From positions 96,001 to 160,000 of the forward strand of contig OZ244170.1 of assembly GCA_965216565.1 (NCBI GenBank): 64,000 nt of DNA. Reading direction: 5' to 3'. Position numbers and translations under genes: made by a program. Origin of the DNA: Bythopirellula sp. (GTDB lineage: Bacteria > Planctomycetota > Planctomycetia > Pirellulales > Lacipirellulaceae). The notes beneath the pieces are model-generated. The model saw only the letters and a program-made list of their open reading frames with translations. It searched no databases and was not told the DNA's origin. This document shows, piece after piece, positions 29,616 to 40,373 of the stretch. The first letter of the stretch is position 1. Each line of letters starts with the position of its first letter.

Positions 29616-29845
29616 GACAATCTGCAGATTGAGGAATGGTGGTAGCGTGTGCTTCTATAAAGCATAGCATTCCCTTGGTACTCACTCGCCCATTTGATTC
29701 CTCAAATCAGATAGTCACGAAAAACGGCACTAAGAATTGCTTAGCGTAGGCGCCTTTACGGCTTTTTGTGCTTTTCGTGGCTAGAGGATATTGGGCACGA
29801 TGCTAAGGGATCGGGCCGTTCAATCGAGCACGGAGAAGCCACGAT

Positions 29846-32845
29846 CTAACGTGCCCGCGATGACATTCTGGTCAAGAACCAGGGGCAGCCGAGCAGCAGT
29901 GCTAGTGACGCCGGTTCGGGGACCGTTTTCGCCGCCGCGACGATTGCTACGCCGCTGCCAAGCTGTTGTTGCCAAACGAGAAAATCAAGCCCATCGGAGC
30001 GGCCATCGCCATTGGCATCCGCCTGATCGCTTGTAGCAAAGTGTTGTTCCCACATCGCCAGGTCGTCGTAATCGACGTCGTGATCGTTGTCGAAGTCGGC
30101 TTCATAGGGCGAAGTAATTTGGAACAATAGAAACTCACTAACATCGAGATTCCCGTTGCTATCCACGCTTGCAGGAATCTGCAACGAAGAGACGAGCGCT
30201 CCCCCATCCGCACTGTCGTACCTGCCGACGGCCAGATAGATTTCGCTGGGCACCGTCCCGAATTCTTCGGCCAGATTGATAGTGCCCTCCAGCACCCCGC
30301 CGTTCGGTCCGGTAGCGGCCTCCGTCGTGCCGCTGGCATCGTTCCAGGCTTCGTAGTCGTTGTCGTTCTCGTCGGCCAGGAAGGCGTCCCATTGGGCAAT
30401 CTGTCCCGCCTTGGCCCAATTGGCCGGCACCAGGGCACCGGGGTTTTCTGCCAGATAAATGAACACATCCTGTCCTTCGCCTGCATCGCTAGTGGCGATG
30501 TACAGCGTATCGCCCTCGACAACCGCAAACAGTTGCAGCCCGCCCACGGTAGCAATCTCCACCGCATTGGCGTCAACAACACCATCCATCACAAACTCAG
30601 GACCTGCCGTGGCTCCCTCGACGGCAAAGTGCCAGTCGGCACCGTTGTTGTTGTCCCAAGTCCCTTGCCCATTGTTGAACACGACATCGAGCATCGATGC
30701 CGAGCTATTCACGGGGACGGTGATATCCCAAGTACCGGCGTTGGGATCGAAATTCATCAGGGGATCGGGCGAAATGACGGTGCTCCAGTCATCAAACCCA
30801 TAATGCAAATAGACGTCCGTTGCCCCTGCCAGAGGTCCCCCGGTCGGATCGAAGGAGATTGTCACCGGGTCGCCCGCCTGCACAGGGTTAGGCCCCACGG
30901 TCACGGAGCTAGTACCGCCAGGGGGCGAGGTTGCCGAGCCAACGTACACATGCTGGATGTCGCTCCGGGTGACATTGCCATTCAGGTCGATCGCTTCCAC
31001 GTAGTAGTCGATGAGTTCGTTTTCCAGCCCCTCGATCATTCCTCCATAGCGTAGGGCACGATGGGTTGGGGCCAGTATATTCGACGGTGGGACGACGTCG
31101 CTGGAAGACATGGAGATACTATTCCAAGCGCCCACCTCCGTACCGCCCGCGTAAGTCTCGTTTGCGAATGAAGACAATGGGTTCGTACCGTCCGCATCGA
31201 CTCGATACTTGAGCGTGACGGAATCCAATCCGCTTACGTCGTAGGCGTAGGTCCACACTTCGAAATCACTGTCCTCAGCAGTGGTGCTCCACTCGAAACC
31301 GCCGGGGTTGTAAGACTCGCGTTGGGGGTGGAAAACAGTCGGACCGGTAGTTTCGGTCCCCGTGAATCCGGCGAGTACCTGATCGGCCTCGGCCACTGCC
31401 AGGTTGCTGCCGCGGGTGACGTTGCTGTCCCAGACCTCGGTGCCATCCCAGTACCAGTGGTCGGAGGCTTCCGCCTGGAGCAGGTAGTGCCAGGCCCGCT
31501 CTGTGGCTGTTCCCGAGCCATCTAGTACGCCCTGCATGCTCGCGACCGGTGCGATGTCGTCGGCTGTGAACACGCGATTTTTGGCCGCTGTGAGCACTGC
31601 CCAGGAGTTGCGATCGGGGCTCCAGCCTGTGGAGTCGGGATCGCCCAGCCACTTTTTGAATTCAGGGTCGCCATTGTCCGCCCCCGCCCAAGAGCCGGGT
31701 TCGATGTGAATCACATCGTTGGGGTTCACCGGGAATCGATCCAAATAGTCCTGCACGGTGGTCACATCGTAATTGGATGTGCCGGATGCCCAGTTCACCA
31801 TGTTCTGAAAGTTGCCGTGGTAATACGACTCGCTGCCGCCGCCAAAATTGTCGCCGTCGTGATGCAACAGCACGAACTGCGGATGATTGGGGTCGGTGTT
31901 GTATTGCCGATACTGGTCCATCACCTGCTCGTATTGCAGCGCACCAAATCCGCCGCGACCATCCTCATTGCCTTCGTATCGAGCACCCGGCACGGCAACC
32001 ATCTTGCTCACCGCACCGGTATTGGGGTTCACATGCTGCACATAATGTGGCTGATAGGAGAACGAGGCACTTACCTGGCTGGGAGCCCAAAGATTGTTCA
32101 GTTGCACCCATGCTCCGCCATTGGCGGCAGGGTCGGGATTGATTTGGTCGGCCGTGTTGGGGGCAAACAAGTTCGACGCATTCGTGTGGGGATAGTTCTG
32201 TGTGGCGCGATCCATGTGGATGTTATCCACAATGGCCCACTCCAAACCCTCGGCCACCAGTGCCGGAATCATCCGCGTAGAAAAGGCGGTCTCGGCCGGA
32301 AAGATGCCTTTGGAGTAAGGAACATCGGTGCCCCATGTTTGCTCGTGGACATATTTATGCAATTTGATCTGCATCCGCATGTCGCGCTGGTCCAACAGCG
32401 GCATCAGCGGATGGTGCGCCCCAAATCCCACCAGATCGAGCCGCGGATTGCCCAAGCTCGTCGACAAGGACTGGGCCTGGTTGTACGACGAATCCCAGTT
32501 GTTCCACATCCCACCGTTCACGCCGGCAGCTTCCAGATTATTGAGGTTCTGCATCAACGAGCCAGAGAAAGAAACCTGCGCACCCAAGTGCGGCAGACTT
32601 GAGCCCGTTTGAATCGCATCCTTCGGCCAGGACGTGTACGGTCCGAATCGTTGATTGTGCACGTCGGCGAGGCTAAACGAAAAGTGCCCCGCGGCGTCAG
32701 TCTGCGTGACGGTTTCGCCGGGATAATAGATCGGTTGATGCATGTGCCACAGGAATCCGACATGCGTGGTTTCCTGAGCCACTGCGTCGACAACGCCAAC
32801 GAGTGCTGCTAGGGAAAAGAGGAGGAGTAAGCGGAACGATCTCAT
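29846..32845 (-). CDS. Secreted GH57-family glycoside hydrolase with starch-binding module, dockerin-like motif and PEP-CTERM
   Basis: WHMHQP, FPAETAF, DGDN, GSW, AEASDHWYW; CBM-like VYLHYGFDDW..VFNNGQGTWDNNNGADW; VPEPASLALL. Confidence 0.85.
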   Translation of the reverse strand: MRSFRLLLLFSLAALVGVVDAVAQETTHVGFLWHMHQPIYYPGETVTQTDAAGHFSFSLADVHNQRFGPYTSWPKDAIQTGSSLPHLGAQVSFSGSLMQNLNNLEAAGVNGGMWNNWDSSYNQAQSLSTSLGNPRLDLVGFGAHHPLMPLLDQRDMRMQIKLHKYVHEQTWGTDVPYSKGIFPAETAFSTRMIPALVAEGLEWAIVDNIHMDRATQNYPHTNASNLFAPNTADQINPDPAANGGAWVQLNNLWAPSQVSASFSYQPHYVQHVNPNTGAVSKMVAVPGARYEGNEDGRGGFGALQYEQVMDQYRQYNTDPNHPQFVLLHHDGDNFGGGSESYYHGNFQNMVNWASGTSNYDVTTVQDYLDRFPVNPNDVIHIEPGSWAGADNGDPEFKKWLGDPDSTGWSPDRNSWAVLTAAKNRVFTADDIAPVASMQGVLDGSGTATERAWHYLLQAEASDHWYWDGTEVWDSNVTRGSNLAVAEADQVLAGFTGTETTGPTVFHPQRESYNPGGFEWSTTAEDSDFEVWTYAYDVSGLDSVTLKYRVDADGTNPLSSFANETYAGGTEVGAWNSISMSSSDVVPPSNILAPTHRALRYGGMIEGLENELIDYYVEAIDLNGNVTRSDIQHVYVGSATSPPGGTSSVTVGPNPVQAGDPVTISFDPTGGPLAGATDVYLHYGFDDWSTVISPDPLMNFDPNAGTWDITVPVNSSASMLDVVFNNGQGTWDNNNGADWHFAVEGATAGPEFVMDGVVDANAVEIATVGGLQLFAVVEGDTLYIATSDAGEGQDVFIYLAENPGALVPANWAKAGQIAQWDAFLADENDNDYEAWNDASGTTEAATGPNGGVLEGTINLAEEFGTVPSEIYLAVGRYDSADGGALVSSLQIPASVDSNGNLDVSEFLLFQITSPYEADFDNDHDVDYDDLAMWEQHFATSDQADANGDGRSDGLDFLVWQQQLGSGVAIVAAAKTVPEPASLALLLGCPWFLTRMSSRAR

Positions 32846-33042
32846 GCTGCTGGCACTTGAGGCTCGGGGAATTTGGCCGATATACACTGTTAGGCGCGCC
32901 AGTGGGGGAATTGGTATTGAGAAATGGGAAATCGGCAGAAATCCCAAACATCAGAGCGTTTTTTTGTCGAGAAACTATTTGACGTCTAGTCATCTAGGAG
33001 CCTCTCCGCAATTGCTCAAAATGAGGTTGCCGCCTGTCTGGC

Positions 33043-33531
33043 CTATTCAGAGTCAACGTCACTTTGGCGTCGCATGAAGTAGTCGTTGTAGGTGGAAAAG
33101 CTTGTCACTAGTAAAGGTGGTAAGATAAGGATTAAGAATTCTGAGAGATAGATTGGTGGATGTTCAAGAGTTTTTGTTCGGCGCGGTGTGAGCTCCATAG
33201 CAGTGATAAGCCACCACAAGAGAATCGAACCGGCGGCTATCTTGATAAGCGATACAGCAATACTGCGTGAGGGCTGTTGAGAATAAGCATCCCAGGCGGA
33301 GCAAGCCATTACTAAACTACAGCCCAGAGTGGGCCAGACGCCCTTCTGCATAGAGGCAAGCAACCAGGCGCGATACTCTCCGAACAATCGGATTTCTTGC
33401 CACCTCTCGCCAGCTTGTAATATTGAAACAATGACCATCCCAGTGACACCGCCAATGACTCCCCAAGCCACCGCGTGACGCAAACCTGTTCCCACACTAA
33501 GAACGGCAGTTCTGTGATTATTGATCATCAC
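33043..33531 (-). CDS. Hypothetical membrane protein (~4 TM)
   Basis: 162-aa ORF with four hydrophobic segments, fills the gap between co-oriented genes. Confidence 0.65.
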   Translation of the reverse strand: MMINNHRTAVLSVGTGLRHAVAWGVIGGVTGMVIVSILQAGERWQEIRLFGEYRAWLLASMQKGVWPTLGCSLVMACSAWDAYSQQPSRSIAVSLIKIAAGSILLWWLITAMELTPRRTKTLEHPPIYLSEFLILILPPLLVTSFSTYNDYFMRRQSDVDSE

Positions 33532-33561
33532 CTGGACTGCTCCATTACGTATATTCGTTGT

Positions 33562-34470
33562 TCAACACTTGTCACGCACGGCGAACTGCTCTGCCTGCGC
33601 GGCGATGTCCACTCCGGTATGTTCTTTCCAAGCACTGAGCAAGAGCTGATAGACCTCGCCTGGCTTGCCTCCGCTGATCTGCTGCCCGTCGATCTCGACT
33701 ACTGGCAGAATACAAACCGAGGTGCTGGTGAGATACACTTCCTCGGCCTGCATGAGCTCTTGGGGTTTGATGTCGGCTTCGGCGTGGGCGATACCTAGCT
33801 CTTCGGCGAGTTCGTAGAGCACTTGTTGAGTGACTCCTGGCAGGACTTTTTCCCTGGGCGGTGTTACCAATCCTCGATCGGGAAAATACGCCACGACGTT
33901 TGCCGTGCTTGCTTCGCCGACGAATCCTTGTTGATCGAGCAGGATAGCGCGAGCCCCAGGAGATTTCGTAGCCGCTTCGCGGTCGGCTAGATAGTAGTGC
34001 AACCGACTGCGGCATTTTACCTCCGCAGGCCAGCAATTGGACGGCACCTGACGTGTGTCGACAACCACCGCTCTTACTCCCTGTTCAAACTGCTGCGCCC
34101 AGGCGGCAAAGGGCAGGGGACGTCCGTGGACACATACGGTTGGCGAACTCGCTTCGGGCGAATTTCCCGGCGTGGCGAGTGCCACGATATACCAATCGTC
34201 GCCCGCTACAAAAGCCGAAGAATTTCGTTCGACAAAATCGTCGATCGCCTCCGACACCTCAGCGACAATGGTCTCTGAATCCCAACCCACCACGTCCAGC
34301 GAACGATGAAAACGTTCCAAATGTTCTCGCTTACGAAACACTTGACCGCCAAACGTACGCATTCGTTCCACAATAGTCACGCCAAGCGTAAAACCAAGAT
34401 CACCAATTGGCACAGACAATTGCTGCTGGGGAACCCAATGGCCTTTGTAGTAGGCTAAAATGTTGCTCAT
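33562..34470 (-). CDS. Class IV aminotransferase (branched-chain/D-amino acid/PabC-like)
   Basis: HLERF..S, VKCRSRLHY (PLP Lys), EASTAN, LPGVT, EVYLTSTS..PV. Confidence 0.9.
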   Translation of the reverse strand: MSNILAYYKGHWVPQQQLSVPIGDLGFTLGVTIVERMRTFGGQVFRKREHLERFHRSLDVVGWDSETIVAEVSEAIDDFVERNSSAFVAGDDWYIVALATPGNSPEASSPTVCVHGRPLPFAAWAQQFEQGVRAVVVDTRQVPSNCWPAEVKCRSRLHYYLADREAATKSPGARAILLDQQGFVGEASTANVVAYFPDRGLVTPPREKVLPGVTQQVLYELAEELGIAHAEADIKPQELMQAEEVYLTSTSVCILPVVEIDGQQISGGKPGEVYQLLLSAWKEHTGVDIAAQAEQFAVRDKC

Positions 34471-34517
34471 GCCACTAGTATCTCAAGAGATAGTGGCTGC
34501 CGAAAGGGTGGATCGGC

Positions 34518-35582
34518 TTAGAGGCGGACGTCGTCAGCCGTGGCTGGCTCGTTGGCTGTGGTAACCGTGAGCGATGGATTCAGCTTTGTCCAGAGTGTTC
34601 GCATCTGCCCGGAGGCAGCTAGATAGTCTCCCAAGGCGTGGCTACGGCCCACGGTATCGGTGACGTCGATTCGGCGGATCTTGCGATTAGCTGAACCCAT
34701 TCTGTAGGGCTGGGCAATCCCTTCCTTACCGAGGGCGTGTATTCTGCCGCGTTCGACACTGAAATGATACAACCGCATCGCTGGATCGCGCTGATTGGTT
34801 ACCAGCATCAATTCTTCCATTTGCGAGATAGCGCGGCTATGAAAGTGCCCTGGCTGTAGCCAGTCAGCATCGTAGGCAGGCGCAATCAGACCAACGCGAA
34901 CGGGTTTCCGCTCTGGATGCACCCGTTCAGCAAGTTGCAAGTTTCCAAGATGACCGCCGCCTAGCAGATGCAGCGAACCACTGACTACCCTGGCGCCGAA
35001 ACTGTAGCCGAGAATCGCCACGTCCGCGTCTTCCGGGAGTTGATCTAGAAACCACGCCAACTGCCAGCCCGCGGGCTGCGTACGCGCAGCTTTTACATAG
35101 ACGTCCTTGATCGGACCCTTGATAGGTGTTGAAGGCCACGACCAAATGATAAATCGCAAAGGCTGATCGGCTGACCGGGCCCTAACTAGTGACCGGTAGA
35201 CTTTCATGCCTCGATAAATATCTTCGCCCGGTTCGACACGATTTCCGTGCACATAGATAACGGTGGGCGTTTGGCCAACCGGCTTTACCGCATATTGCCA
35301 AGGCAAGGATTCCCAAGTCGAGTGGCCTTCTTCGCTGATCTCTAAACGTTTGCAATCTAGCTTGGTCTTAATCTGGCTTGGCTGACACGATATGCCCAGT
35401 GGTCGCGTATTAAGGAGTAAGATCTCACGCGTGGGAACTGATCGCTGCGGTGGGGCGAACAGCGACTCACTAGTTTTTGCAAATAATTGAGTATTCAGCA
35501 CCAAGCAATTGGCCAAGAGGAATGCCACTATCAGTGCAGATTGAGAGGATTTCAACGCAGAATATATTGCTACACGGATCAT
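34518..35582 (-). CDS. Exported alpha/beta hydrolase
   Basis: YVHGN, WSWPS, GYSFG nucleophile elbow, C-terminal SH. Confidence 0.8.
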   Translation of the reverse strand: MIRVAIYSALKSSQSALIVAFLLANCLVLNTQLFAKTSESLFAPPQRSVPTREILLLNTRPLGISCQPSQIKTKLDCKRLEISEEGHSTWESLPWQYAVKPVGQTPTVIYVHGNRVEPGEDIYRGMKVYRSLVRARSADQPLRFIIWSWPSTPIKGPIKDVYVKAARTQPAGWQLAWFLDQLPEDADVAILGYSFGARVVSGSLHLLGGGHLGNLQLAERVHPERKPVRVGLIAPAYDADWLQPGHFHSRAISQMEELMLVTNQRDPAMRLYHFSVERGRIHALGKEGIAQPYRMGSANRKIRRIDVTDTVGRSHALGDYLAASGQMRTLWTKLNPSLTVTTANEPATADDVRL

Positions 35583-36042
35583 AGCGCTATACCGGAGTTT
35601 TTTACGGGCAGAGTTGTCAACCGTGACACTAGGCCAAAGAAACGGATCGAAGTTATCGCGGACGCGAGCCCACGAACCAACCGGCAGTGTGAAATCGAGT
35701 ACGTGATATCAAAAGGGGGGAGGGCGATATCCACACTGCGAGACCACCATCAACTTTCCATGTGGTCATCACAAACGTAGCACACTATTTGCAACATGCG
35801 TGAAAAAAATGTGGCAGAAAAAAATCATAGGTTTCGTTTGCACATCACCAACCATGTTGTAGAGTTGCTAGGCCGAGAAAGCTTGCCCTTGCAATAGGCA
35901 GCTTGTTCCGGCTGCGACGCTTATGTCGCTAGTTGTTGATTGCAAACATCACAATCGTTACTAGCGATACGCGACGTGTTGTCCTCCCCACCCTTCCACT
36001 TCGCCCTCCCCACATGGGCGCCCTCCGTGGAGTAAACATAAG

Positions 36043-36549
36043 ATGAGGAAAATCCTAATTCTGCTGGCCGCGGCTCTCGTAACGACCCAGGTCGTTGGAT
36101 GTGCCAATTGTCGCAGATGGCTTCATCGTGGTTCGCCCTGTGTCGGTACCCGCATTGCTGCACCAACAATGGTGTCTGCCCCTGTGGCTGTCGGAGCTCC
36201 GGTTCCGGTCCCCCAGATGGCTCCCGCACCAGTCATGGTCCAACAGCCCGCGCCACAAGTGATTATTCCTCAGCAACCTGTAGTTTGTTGCCCGCAACCG
36301 GTGCCGTGCTGCCCCCAGCCAGTACCCTGTTGCCCCCAGCCGACCCAATGCTGTCCTGATCCTTGCTGCCCGCAGTTTGGAGGCAATCCCTGTCCAGGTG
36401 GAACCTGGTTTGGTGGATTTGTCGACGGCGATGGAAACTGTTGCGACCCTATGACTAGCTTCGATGAAGGCTACCTGGTCCCTGGGACCGAAACACCACT
36501 AGACTCTGGCACTTACGGAACTGATCCCAGCCCTGCTCGAGATAATTGA
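36043..36549 (+). CDS. Cys/Pro/Gln-rich exported (lipo)protein
   Basis: GGAG RBS, signal peptide ending VVGC, tandem CCPQP repeats. Confidence 0.75.
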   Translation: MRKILILLAAALVTTQVVGCANCRRWLHRGSPCVGTRIAAPTMVSAPVAVGAPVPVPQMAPAPVMVQQPAPQVIIPQQPVVCCPQPVPCCPQPVPCCPQPTQCCPDPCCPQFGGNPCPGGTWFGGFVDGDGNCCDPMTSFDEGYLVPGTETPLDSGTYGTDPSPARDN

Positions 36550-36684
36550 AAAGGCCTGAGATACCCCGGCACGTACTGAAGCCGCGATAGGAACCAAACA
36601 GAAAAGCCCTCCCCAACCACTGGGCCTATTGTGTAGTACGCTGTTTAAAGAGACATTTGACCTAGAGCTTGAGTCTAGAGACGC

Positions 36685-36730
36685 AAACCGCTCGATCGTG
36701 CCATCCTGAACACGGTCGGGCGGTTTTTTT
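36685..36730 (+). terminator. Intrinsic terminator
   Basis: AAACCGCTCGATCGTG/CACGGTCGGGCGGTTT stem with T-run. Confidence 0.75.
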
Positions 36731-36813
36731 GTTTCTACGAATCGTAGTTAGTAGAATAGATAGTGTATTGCCAACCGGCTGAGGACATTCGTCAGGCTAG
36801 AAAGTCGATCGCC

Positions 36814-37818
36814 ATGCTGATCCCTATGAAACGATTTGGCCCATTTTTCATCGGTGCAGTGATCTGCTGTGCCTGTTTCTCTGGTGATTCGCTAGCACAA
36901 ATCAAAACTGAGACCGAAGAATCGCATCTCCGATTCGGCGAGACTCAAGTTGTACGTTACCAAGTGGGGGCGATCGTCGATGCCCGCAAAGGCCCTGTGC
37001 AAGAACTGCTGGCCATGGTGGCCGTGCCCTTCGATTGTGCCGAGCAGGAGGTTGAAATTGTCGATCAAGAGGTCACCCAGCAAATCGACCAAATCGATTA
37101 CCGCTACCTTAATAAGTATTCCGGCGGGGGTGCTCGGCAGCTTTTGATTTCAATTCCCTATCTTCCGGGCAGACAGGTAGCGAAGGCACTGATTACCTTT
37201 GAAGTGCGTACCCGCACGATTCTGCCCCCGGAGGAGACACAATCACTAACAGTTCCCAAGAAGCCAGATCGCAGTCTGAAAAAGTACTTGGGAAAAAGCC
37301 CTTACATCGAGACCAAGCACTCCAAGATCAAGAAAACACTCCGAACAATAGACCAAGAGCTAGAAGCGGAAAATGAAAATGCCACCGCCTGGCAACGCGT
37401 TGAGGCGATTTACGATTTTGTGCAAGATCACGTCAAGTATGTCGAGGGCCCGGATAAGTCTGCTATTCGGACGCTCAACGATGCCAGTGGCGATTGCCAG
37501 AATATCAGTGCTCTGTTCGTCGCTCTCTGCCGAACCGCGGGTGTCCCTGCCCGCATTGTTTGGGTCCATGAGCACAACTACCCGGAGTTTTGCTTGACCG
37601 ATGCCGAAGGCAAGCCCCGCTGGTATCCCTGCGAATCTTCGGGCATGCGAGCTTTCGGAGAAATGCCGCTGGCTCGGGTAATCATGCAAAAGGGCGACAA
37701 TTTCCGCGTCCCCGAGCGACCTCGCGAAAGCCTCCGCTACGCATCCGACTACCTGATCGGACTACCGGTCCCGGGCAGTGGCAAGCCAAAAGTGAAGTAT
37801 GTCCGCAAGCAGATGTAG
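36814..37818 (+). CDS. Exported transglutaminase-like domain protein
   Basis: GDCQNISALFVALCRTAGVPAR, HNYPEF, WYPCE; signal peptide; start approximate. Confidence 0.88.
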   Translation: MLIPMKRFGPFFIGAVICCACFSGDSLAQIKTETEESHLRFGETQVVRYQVGAIVDARKGPVQELLAMVAVPFDCAEQEVEIVDQEVTQQIDQIDYRYLNKYSGGGARQLLISIPYLPGRQVAKALITFEVRTRTILPPEETQSLTVPKKPDRSLKKYLGKSPYIETKHSKIKKTLRTIDQELEAENENATAWQRVEAIYDFVQDHVKYVEGPDKSAIRTLNDASGDCQNISALFVALCRTAGVPARIVWVHEHNYPEFCLTDAEGKPRWYPCESSGMRAFGEMPLARVIMQKGDNFRVPERPRESLRYASDYLIGLPVPGSGKPKVKYVRKQM

Positions 37819-37826
37819 GCCGACTG

Positions 37827-38360
37827 CTATTCTGTGCCGGGGCTGAAGGCCAAGGTTTCGTCGAGAACGGCGGCAAGCTCGTGGACACTATGTCCCGACC
37901 AAACGAGTTTCCTCTCGCTATTGAAAACCGCCAGGGTGGGAAAACCCCGGATGCCGAGCATATCGAGCGTCGGTCCGGAGCCATAGCCGATTGGCCAGTG
38001 GGCCGACTCGAAATCGCTCAGAAAATCTTCGATTGCCGGCAGCATCGATTCCGGTTCGGGCGTCAATCCGATGAATTCAACGCCCACGGGTTGGTACTGT
38101 GCGTGCAGCTTAATCAGTTTGGGCATTGCGGCTCGGCAGGGTGGGCAGTTGGTCGCCCAGAAGTCGAGCACCACGACCTTGCCGGCTAGCGATTTCGGAC
38201 CCGGCGTCGAATCACCCGTGTTTAGCCAGCCCTCGGCCATCAGCGGCGGGAGCGTGGTTCCCAGCGGGATGGGCATTCCGATGCCGATGGGGTCGCTGTG
38301 GGGCATTAGCACAAACAGGGTGGCGAAAATCAGCAGCCCGAGCGCGATTTTTTCGCCCAT
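37827..38360 (-). CDS. TlpA-family thioredoxin-like protein
   Basis: N-terminal TM, GKVVVLDFWATNCPPC, GFPT cis-Pro loop; start approximate. Confidence 0.9.
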   Translation of the reverse strand: MGEKIALGLLIFATLFVLMPHSDPIGIGMPIPLGTTLPPLMAEGWLNTGDSTPGPKSLAGKVVVLDFWATNCPPCRAAMPKLIKLHAQYQPVGVEFIGLTPEPESMLPAIEDFLSDFESAHWPIGYGSGPTLDMLGIRGFPTLAVFNSERKLVWSGHSVHELAAVLDETLAFSPGTE

Positions 38361-38441
38361 CCCCCATCTTGTGTGACTCGAATTTGGCAACACAACCCCT
38401 TGTGGAATTCAAAAAAATGGAAAACGCGTTTTTTCTTGATA

Positions 38442-38479
38442 CAACAAAACCCAGAGATTTCAATCCCTGGGCTGTGTTG
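38442..38479 (-). terminator. Intrinsic terminator after PEP-CTERM gene
   Basis: Minus strand CCCAGGGATT-GA-AATCTCTGGG followed by TTTTGTTG. Confidence 0.65.
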
Positions 38480-38507
38480 CGTTTATTCAATTGTGGAGTC
38501 TCGCGAC

Positions 38508-40373
38508 TCAGCTACTTCTGCGGCGGGCCTTGTCACGCGGACGAAAGCAAAGCCCCAAGGTCGACAAGGCTAGCAGCAAGGTCGAAGGCTCCGGCACCGC
38601 TGCGACAGCAGCCACGGGCGGCGGCGAGGAAGTCGACTCACCATAGGCGGCCTCCCAACGTGCGAGGTCGTCCAGGTTGTAAAGCAACGGATACCCAATC
38701 TGCCATTCCATAAAATCAAGACCATCCACGCGGCCATCAGAATTGAAATCAGCCGAGCCGACGGTTAGCGCGGTGGCGGTGACCATCACTTCATTTCCAA
38801 TAACATCTACATCCCAAAAACGGCCATTCGCCACCACTTGAGAATTTCCAAACGTCCCCGAGATGCTAGAGGCCGAAACTACAGAGAACGAATCGCCGGC
38901 TTGCGAGGGTTCACCAGAAACATAATCCAAGTCAAATGTGGCAGAACCATCCAGCACTAAATTTCCGAATATCGAAAGAGCGCCAGGATCTTCGTCAACG
39001 ATCAACTTCAACGTAGAGGTATCGGCAGAGATTGCCGCGGTTTCTCCGGAAGAAATTGCGGCTACCAGCGGAGCCTGAGTGAACACTATGTCACCGAACA
39101 CGCTTGGAAATGCTACAGCAGCACCAGTCACATCAACAATCAATCCACCAGTGTTGTCGATAGAGCCGTAAACGGTCGTATTTTCACCGAGTACCAGGAG
39201 TCCGTTGTTGTCCAGATCTGTGGCTGCACTGCTTACTTCTTGTCCACGAAATCTGAGGATGCCGTCACGCGCAACGATCGCGCCATTGTTGGTGACTAGG
39301 TCGTGAAACTCCATTTCACCACCCTGAGTTTCAATCAAGCCATCGATTGGTGATTCGAAATTTGGATCCGAATCGCCCGTGACTAATACGGGACCAGTTA
39401 CGAGCAATCTTTCCCGTTGATTCGCTACTGCGGCAGCATTCCGCAATTCACCCGAAGCAGTGATGGTCATTGCAGAGTTAATCGATCCATCACCACGTAT
39501 CACCCCTCCGTTGGAGAGCGTGGAACCACCAATGTCTCGTAACAAGCCGCCCTGTAGATTGATTATTCCAGTCTCATTGACGATTACCGCTCCAGATGTC
39601 TGCACTATAGCATCAGTGTTGACATTAAGCGTGCCGTAGGCGTTTGTAGGCGTACCTGTCGTGGACCCATTGCCAATCGTTAATGTGGCGATGTTGTTAG
39701 GATCACCTACCGTCCAGCGACTCCCTAGGTCTGTCAGAGTAACAGTTCCAATGGAACCGTCCTCACTACCGATAATTGCGTCACCCGAGACAAAAGAGGC
39801 ACTGTTCGTCGCTTCCAGAGTCCCAACGCCTTCGTCGCCAACCGTCAACGGTCCAGTCGTCAAACGGGATGCTACACCATCCAATCGCATGATTCCCTGG
39901 CCCGTTGACCCTTCTCCAATGATCGTCGGAGCAGTCGAAGGCAAGGGGCCACCAACTTGAATTGCTGCGCTCTCGAAAACGTCCAAGAATCCTTGTCCAA
40001 GATTTCCAACTGTCAGACTATTTGCGATTTCCCAGCGGACGCCAAAGTCATCGAACACTGCAGCGCCTACACTGTTTCCTTGGTTGCCTATGATTCCTGT
40101 GTCACTGGTCAGGAATTGCAATGGTCCAGATAGCGGTGGTGCAATATCCATGAACAGGCCACCAACGCCTGTATTACCAATAATAATATCCGGGTTGTCT
40201 GGTACCCCAGCATCGCTGATGTTGGGGTCGACATCACCAACAGTGATGACATCTGCTCTTGATATATTGTTATGTGCGAAAATGATAGCAAGCGCAAATG
40301 CAGCAACTCGAATAGCGAGCGTACTCGTCATGCCGTGCGGATTCGTGTTAAGTGATTTGATAAAAACCGGCAT
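38508..40373 (-). CDS. PEP-CTERM protein with beta-helix (autotransporter-passenger-like) repeats and dockerin-like motif
   Basis: AGGAGG RBS; repeated VG..G.G.L units; ADFNSDGRVDGLDFMEWQ; VPEPSTLLL..RPR. Confidence 0.88.
   Translation of the reverse strand: MPVFIKSLNTNPHGMTSTLAIRVAAFALAIIFAHNNISRADVITVGDVDPNISDAGVPDNPDIIIGNTGVGGLFMDIAPPLSGPLQFLTSDTGIIGNQGNSVGAAVFDDFGVRWEIANSLTVGNLGQGFLDVFESAAIQVGGPLPSTAPTIIGEGSTGQGIMRLDGVASRLTTGPLTVGDEGVGTLEATNSASFVSGDAIIGSEDGSIGTVTLTDLGSRWTVGDPNNIATLTIGNGSTTGTPTNAYGTLNVNTDAIVQTSGAVIVNETGIINLQGGLLRDIGGSTLSNGGVIRGDGSINSAMTITASGELRNAAAVANQRERLLVTGPVLVTGDSDPNFESPIDGLIETQGGEMEFHDLVTNNGAIVARDGILRFRGQEVSSAATDLDNNGLLVLGENTTVYGSIDNTGGLIVDVTGAAVAFPSVFGDIVFTQAPLVAAISSGETAAISADTSTLKLIVDEDPGALSIFGNLVLDGSATFDLDYVSGEPSQAGDSFSVVSASSISGTFGNSQVVANGRFWDVDVIGNEVMVTATALTVGSADFNSDGRVDGLDFMEWQIGYPLLYNLDDLARWEAAYGESTSSPPPVAAVAAVPEPSTLLLALSTLGLCFRPRDKARRRSS

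Noticed and set aside
35583..36042. Possible ncRNA in a 460-bp divergent intergenic region
   Set aside because: Only short scattered hairpins; consistent with two promoters
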